A stretch of DNA of 64,000 nt. Origin: Chitinophagales bacterium (GTDB lineage: Bacteria; Bacteroidota; Bacteroidia; Chitinophagales; UBA8649). Below the pieces are notes generated by a model. The model was not told where the DNA came from, searched no databases, and saw only the letters and a list, made by a program, of their open reading frames with translations. Positions 61,437 to 64,000 of this stretch are shown here, in pieces. The position numbers and the translations under genes are program-made. The DNA is taken from positions 138,655 through 202,654 of the forward strand of contig JACJYT010000003.1 of assembly GCA_020635975.1 (NCBI GenBank). Reading direction: 5' to 3'. Each line of letters begins with the position of its first letter. Positions within the stretch are counted from its first letter, which is position 1.

Positions 61437-62351
61437 GTGCAAAATTCATCCTTTTTTATATCCAATTTTAGCTCTATAAATTACCATTCGTTTGGGATGG
61501 TAATGCCAGGACGCTCTTACACCAGTAGTGGCGGGGATTATAGGTTCGGCTTCCAAGGTCAAGAAGAAGATAGTGAGACAGGACTTGTGAGTTATAAGTA
61601 CAGATTGGAAGATCCTAGACTAGGTAGGTTCTTTTCTGTTGATCCATTAGCTTGGAAATATAATTTTTATAGCCCATATGCTTTTAGCGGGAATAGGTTA
61701 ATAGATGCAGTTGAATTGGAGGGGTTGGAACCAGAAGGATATATGTATAGATTTGCTGTTTCAGTAGATGCATTACTCTCGTATGGACTCCAATTAGGTT
61801 TGGATGGGGGTAAAATTGGTGTTCCATTTTCTCTTTCAGGCGGATTAGGAGTTGCAGATGCAAGTTTAGGAGGAGAATTTACCCTTATGTACGCTAAATA
61901 TGATAATGAAACTCAAAAATTAGTAATTTATTTACCGTTTGAGGATAATGTTTATGCCGATTATATAGTTTATGAGTATTTTTGGAATTGGGCATTCGGG
62001 GTCTACGGTAATGGGCAAGAAATTTCTGTTCATGACGCAAGAATTCAATATAGGGGAGACAATGAAGTAAATAGGGAAAGGACTTTTACAGAAACCACTA
62101 ATATCGGACCTGTATATGTTGAAGAGTCTAATAACAATGAGAATGTATTTTTTGAATTGGGTCTTGGAGCTAAGGCATTACGAGTTGGGATTGGGGGCGT
62201 TGGGATTGAAGTTAATGTTAAAGTTGATTTAATAAAAGAGGATGAAATTGGAAGTAAGTTTAAGAGAAATAAAATTGAGGTGAGAATTCCGAGGGAAAGA
62301 GATCCTGTTGATTTACCAAAACCAGATTATGGAGAAGATAAAGGAAAATAG
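61437..62351 (+). CDS. Orphan Rhs/YD core-tip plus novel C-terminal toxin domain (no Rhs body upstream)
   Basis: The ORF opens right after stop codons, directly inside the conserved end of the RHS repeat-associated core: NYHSFGMVMPGRSYTSSGGDYRFGFQGQEEDSETGLVSYKYRLEDPRLGRFFSVDPLAWKYNFYSPYAFSGNRLIDAVELEGLEP. A ~210-aa Gly-rich unique tail follows (GLQLGLDGGKIGVPFSLSGGLGVADASLGG...GLGAKALRVGIGGVGIEV). The track start is GTG; an internal Met (MVMPGR) is possible. Confidence 0.7.
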   Translation: MQNSSFFISNFSSINYHSFGMVMPGRSYTSSGGDYRFGFQGQEEDSETGLVSYKYRLEDPRLGRFFSVDPLAWKYNFYSPYAFSGNRLIDAVELEGLEPEGYMYRFAVSVDALLSYGLQLGLDGGKIGVPFSLSGGLGVADASLGGEFTLMYAKYDNETQKLVIYLPFEDNVYADYIVYEYFWNWAFGVYGNGQEISVHDARIQYRGDNEVNRERTFTETTNIGPVYVEESNNNENVFFELGLGAKALRVGIGGVGIEVNVKVDLIKEDEIGSKFKRNKIEVRIPRERDPVDLPKPDYGEDKGK

Positions 62352-62697
62352 TTCAAAGTTATCAAATAGTATATTAAGATTAAGAAGGTTGGATGTGTTT
62401 TATACAATATCATTAGTGATTTTTGTTATGTATTTAATGTTTATGTTCTATAGTTATATTTTCCAGCTGGATATCGTTTTAGATTTGATGAAAAATGGAA
62501 TTAGTGAGGCAAACAGTACTCTATTCTTCTTTAATTTGATTGGGGTAATAAATATTTTGGTTACTTGGTTGTTGTCTCTGTTTATTTGGAAAAAATTTCA
62601 ATTTCCAAATTCCTATTTGATTCTATTGCTATTTTTCAATATTTATTATTCTTACTTTTTTTACTTTACAAAAGTTAGACAAAAGATAAAAAAGTAG
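62329..62697 (+). CDS. Small multi-pass membrane protein, candidate cognate immunity protein
   Basis: ATG 62329 (MEKIKENSSKL...) overlaps the toxin ORF end by 23 nt. There are 3-4 predicted TM helices (VFYTISLVIFVMYLMFMFYSYIF; LFFFNLIGVINILVTWLLSLFIW; YLILLLFFNIYYSYFFYF). Confidence 0.5.
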   Translation: MEKIKENSSKLSNSILRLRRLDVFYTISLVIFVMYLMFMFYSYIFQLDIVLDLMKNGISEANSTLFFFNLIGVINILVTWLLSLFIWKKFQFPNSYLILLLFFNIYYSYFFYFTKVRQKIKK

Positions 62698-62710
62698 AAA
62701 CCTACCGTCG

Positions 62711-62752
62711 GTAATGGTCCAAATGGCACTTTTGGAATAAAATTAAAGTACC
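62711..62752. repeat. 42-bp direct repeat, copy 2 (cassette boundary)
   Basis: gtaatggtccaaatggcacttttggaataaaattaaagtacc. It is identical to copy 1 except for one extra A, and starts 14 nt after the stop of 62329-62697. Confidence 0.85.
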
Positions 62753-62953
62753 AGGTAGAGCTAGCTTTCGTGCTTTTAGCAGATAAATTTTATTTCACCT
62801 TAAGCTTCTTGGTAGACGACCAATGATTCATCCATTGGCTATAAGTAACTTCTCCAGAACCTCCACTGATTCGATTTTTCTCCATCCCTTGAAACCCTCC
62901 ATCCCATGGAAGGCGGGACTATAGCTGGCAATTTAAAAGTGCAACTTGCAATG

Positions 62954-63379
62954 CTAATTTTTTATTTCCCAGCAAACACTTTTAATTAAAGTGTCTTGTT
63001 TATAAAAAACATCATCTATGGTAATTCTGTTGTCTTCAATCTTAATCAATGGCGAATCAAGAAAAATTTGGTTATCTTTTCCTGAAATAAAATACACTAC
63101 GTATCTATCTCCAACTTGGATTACTCCTTCAGTTTTACTATCTAGTAAAACAGCATCACTAAAGCAGTCTTCGACAATTGTATCAAAATACCAATATGAA
63201 GCTTTATAGCCTCGTTTTGTCCAGAATATTTGCTTGATTTCTGCTTCTGTACGAATTCCATTTAAAAGCAAGTGTTCAATTCGTTTATCTGCATATTTAT
63301 CTATACAAATAAAAAACAATATCCAAAACAAGAAAAACAATACTGCTTGAATGACTTTTTTCTGAAAAGCAACTTTCAC
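62954..63379 (-). CDS. Hypothetical membrane-anchored protein (immunity-type candidate)
   Basis: GTG start overlapping the upstream TGA (GTGA at 63376-63379). N-terminal TM segment VIQAVLFFLFWILFFICI. 141 aa. Confidence 0.45.
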   Translation of the reverse strand: MKVAFQKKVIQAVLFFLFWILFFICIDKYADKRIEHLLLNGIRTEAEIKQIFWTKRGYKASYWYFDTIVEDCFSDAVLLDSKTEGVIQVGDRYVVYFISGKDNQIFLDSPLIKIEDNRITIDDVFYKQDTLIKSVCWEIKN

Positions 63380-63876
63380 AGAATTATCATTTTATTCAAA
63401 AATTCCAAATAAGCATTTTTATACAAATTAAAATCATCTTTTAAGCAAATAAATATTATCGCATAATCAGAATAAGTTCCTTTTGTATAAAAGTTGTATC
63501 CTTTAAGCTCCAAGCCATCCTGAACTTTCTCATATTCCCAAACCATTCCTTCTATATTACAAAATTTCTCTGGATAGGACAGGTTAATACTACAATCCTT
63601 ACAATCATTTAGATAGAATGTTTCAACTTTTTCATTGTAACTTCCGCTATAATCATCAAGCATAACTTTGTATATGCTAATTGCGTATTTCAACCTACCT
63701 TCAAAATCTGTTAGAAAAAAAGATTCTGCAAAGCGATCAATATCTTCGTTTTTAATTACATAATTAGCTCCTTTTTCGACCACACAAACATATTCATTTG
63801 AATCAGGGATGTGAAAACCTTTTTCTTGAGATAGTCCAAAAATTGGAAGTAGACATAGTATTAAGATAATTCTCAT
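63376..63876 (-). CDS. Hypothetical secreted protein (immunity-type candidate)
   Basis: Signal peptide MRIILILCLLPIFGLSQ. 166 aa. It lies 10 nt downstream of a truncated ORF that runs off the window end. Confidence 0.45.
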   Translation of the reverse strand: MRIILILCLLPIFGLSQEKGFHIPDSNEYVCVVEKGANYVIKNEDIDRFAESFFLTDFEGRLKYAISIYKVMLDDYSGSYNEKVETFYLNDCKDCSINLSYPEKFCNIEGMVWEYEKVQDGLELKGYNFYTKGTYSDYAIIFICLKDDFNLYKNAYLEFLNKMIIL

Positions 63877-63886
63877 CGTATAATTA

Positions 63887-64000
63887 TTATTTTTTTACTT
63901 CACCTTCAAAAACTCCAGTATAAGTTCCATTTTCTCCTTTTTGATTATACCAAGTTTGTCCAGTACTTTTCTGAGTGATCGAGACCTGAACCTGATTGAC
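63887..64000 (-). CDS. 3' end of a gene extending beyond the window (possible toxin C-terminus)
   Basis: Hand translation (minus strand, in frame from nt 64000): VNQVQVSITQKSTGQTWYNQKGENGTYTGVFEGEVKK, stop TAA 63887-63889. Its position directly upstream of two small signal/TM proteins suggests a toxin-immunity arrangement, but the 37 aa are uninformative. Confidence 0.3.
   Translation of the reverse strand, partial: VNQVQVSITQKSTGQTWYNQKGENGTYTGVFEGEVKK

Noticed and set aside
1-64000. Search for canonical defence or mobile systems (CRISPR-Cas, restriction-modification, retron/DGR reverse transcriptase, integrase or prophage genes, toxin-antitoxin pairs)
   Set aside because: I could not recognise any reverse transcriptase, cas, methyltransferase, integrase or phage structural motifs in any listed ORF. 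Only the IS30 remnant, the DUF2779 nuclease-like gene and the Rhs-type cassette were found, and they are reported above.

Overview
AT-rich 64 kb window that reads as a Bacteroidota (Flavobacteriia-like) chromosome. This is inferred from type-B T9SS C-terminal sorting domains, PorP/SprF genes and TAnnTTTG-type -7 boxes. All product calls come from hand-read motifs; no searches were run. Layout: (1) 1-14.9 kb is housekeeping: an ABC ATPase fragment, a GCS2-CBS ligase, PAP2, a YhhQ-type transporter, a LysM protein, NfeD, kdsB, menA, menC, sucC, a LolD-like ATPase, a DEGS1-like sphingolipid desaturase, an outer-membrane protein, a GT2 and a PlsC-like acyltransferase. (2) 14.9-30.6 kb is adhesin locus 1: a ~13.2 kb giant repeat adhesin broken into five ORFs inside its own tandem repeats, then a PorP/SprF gene and a 499-aa type-B CTD protein. 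(3) 30.8-38.1 kb holds cystathionine beta-synthase, a secreted acidic protein, a large PIG-L deacetylase, a possible 39-aa micro-ORF coupled to a sodium:solute symporter, and DUF2911. (4) 38.1-41.2 kb holds modular intergenic repeats, a DUF2779 nuclease-like gene, a small Cys/His secreted protein and a long non-coding gap. (5) 41.2-50.0 kb is adhesin locus 2: PorP/SprF plus a ~2560-aa PKD-rich adhesin with three essentially identical 696-bp units. (6) 50.0-52.1 kb is a decayed zone (a paralog remnant, an IS30 transposase remnant, an orphan membrane protein) with a dense repeat cluster. (7) 52.1-58.7 kb holds an ArnT/GT39-like membrane glycosyltransferase and a divergent HTH-S24 repressor / DinB-like / DnaE2 mutagenesis cassette that lacks imuA. 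(8) 58.8-64.0 kb holds lipoproteins and a polymorphic-toxin/immunity island with an orphan Rhs-tip toxin cassette. I found no rRNA, tRNA, CRISPR array or recognisable canonical defence system. The candidates most worth follow-up are the hyper-repetitive adhesin-PorP/SprF modules, the imuA-less mutagenesis cassette, the orphan toxin cassette bracketed by 41/42-bp repeats, and the 8-bp-phased modular intergenic repeat family.
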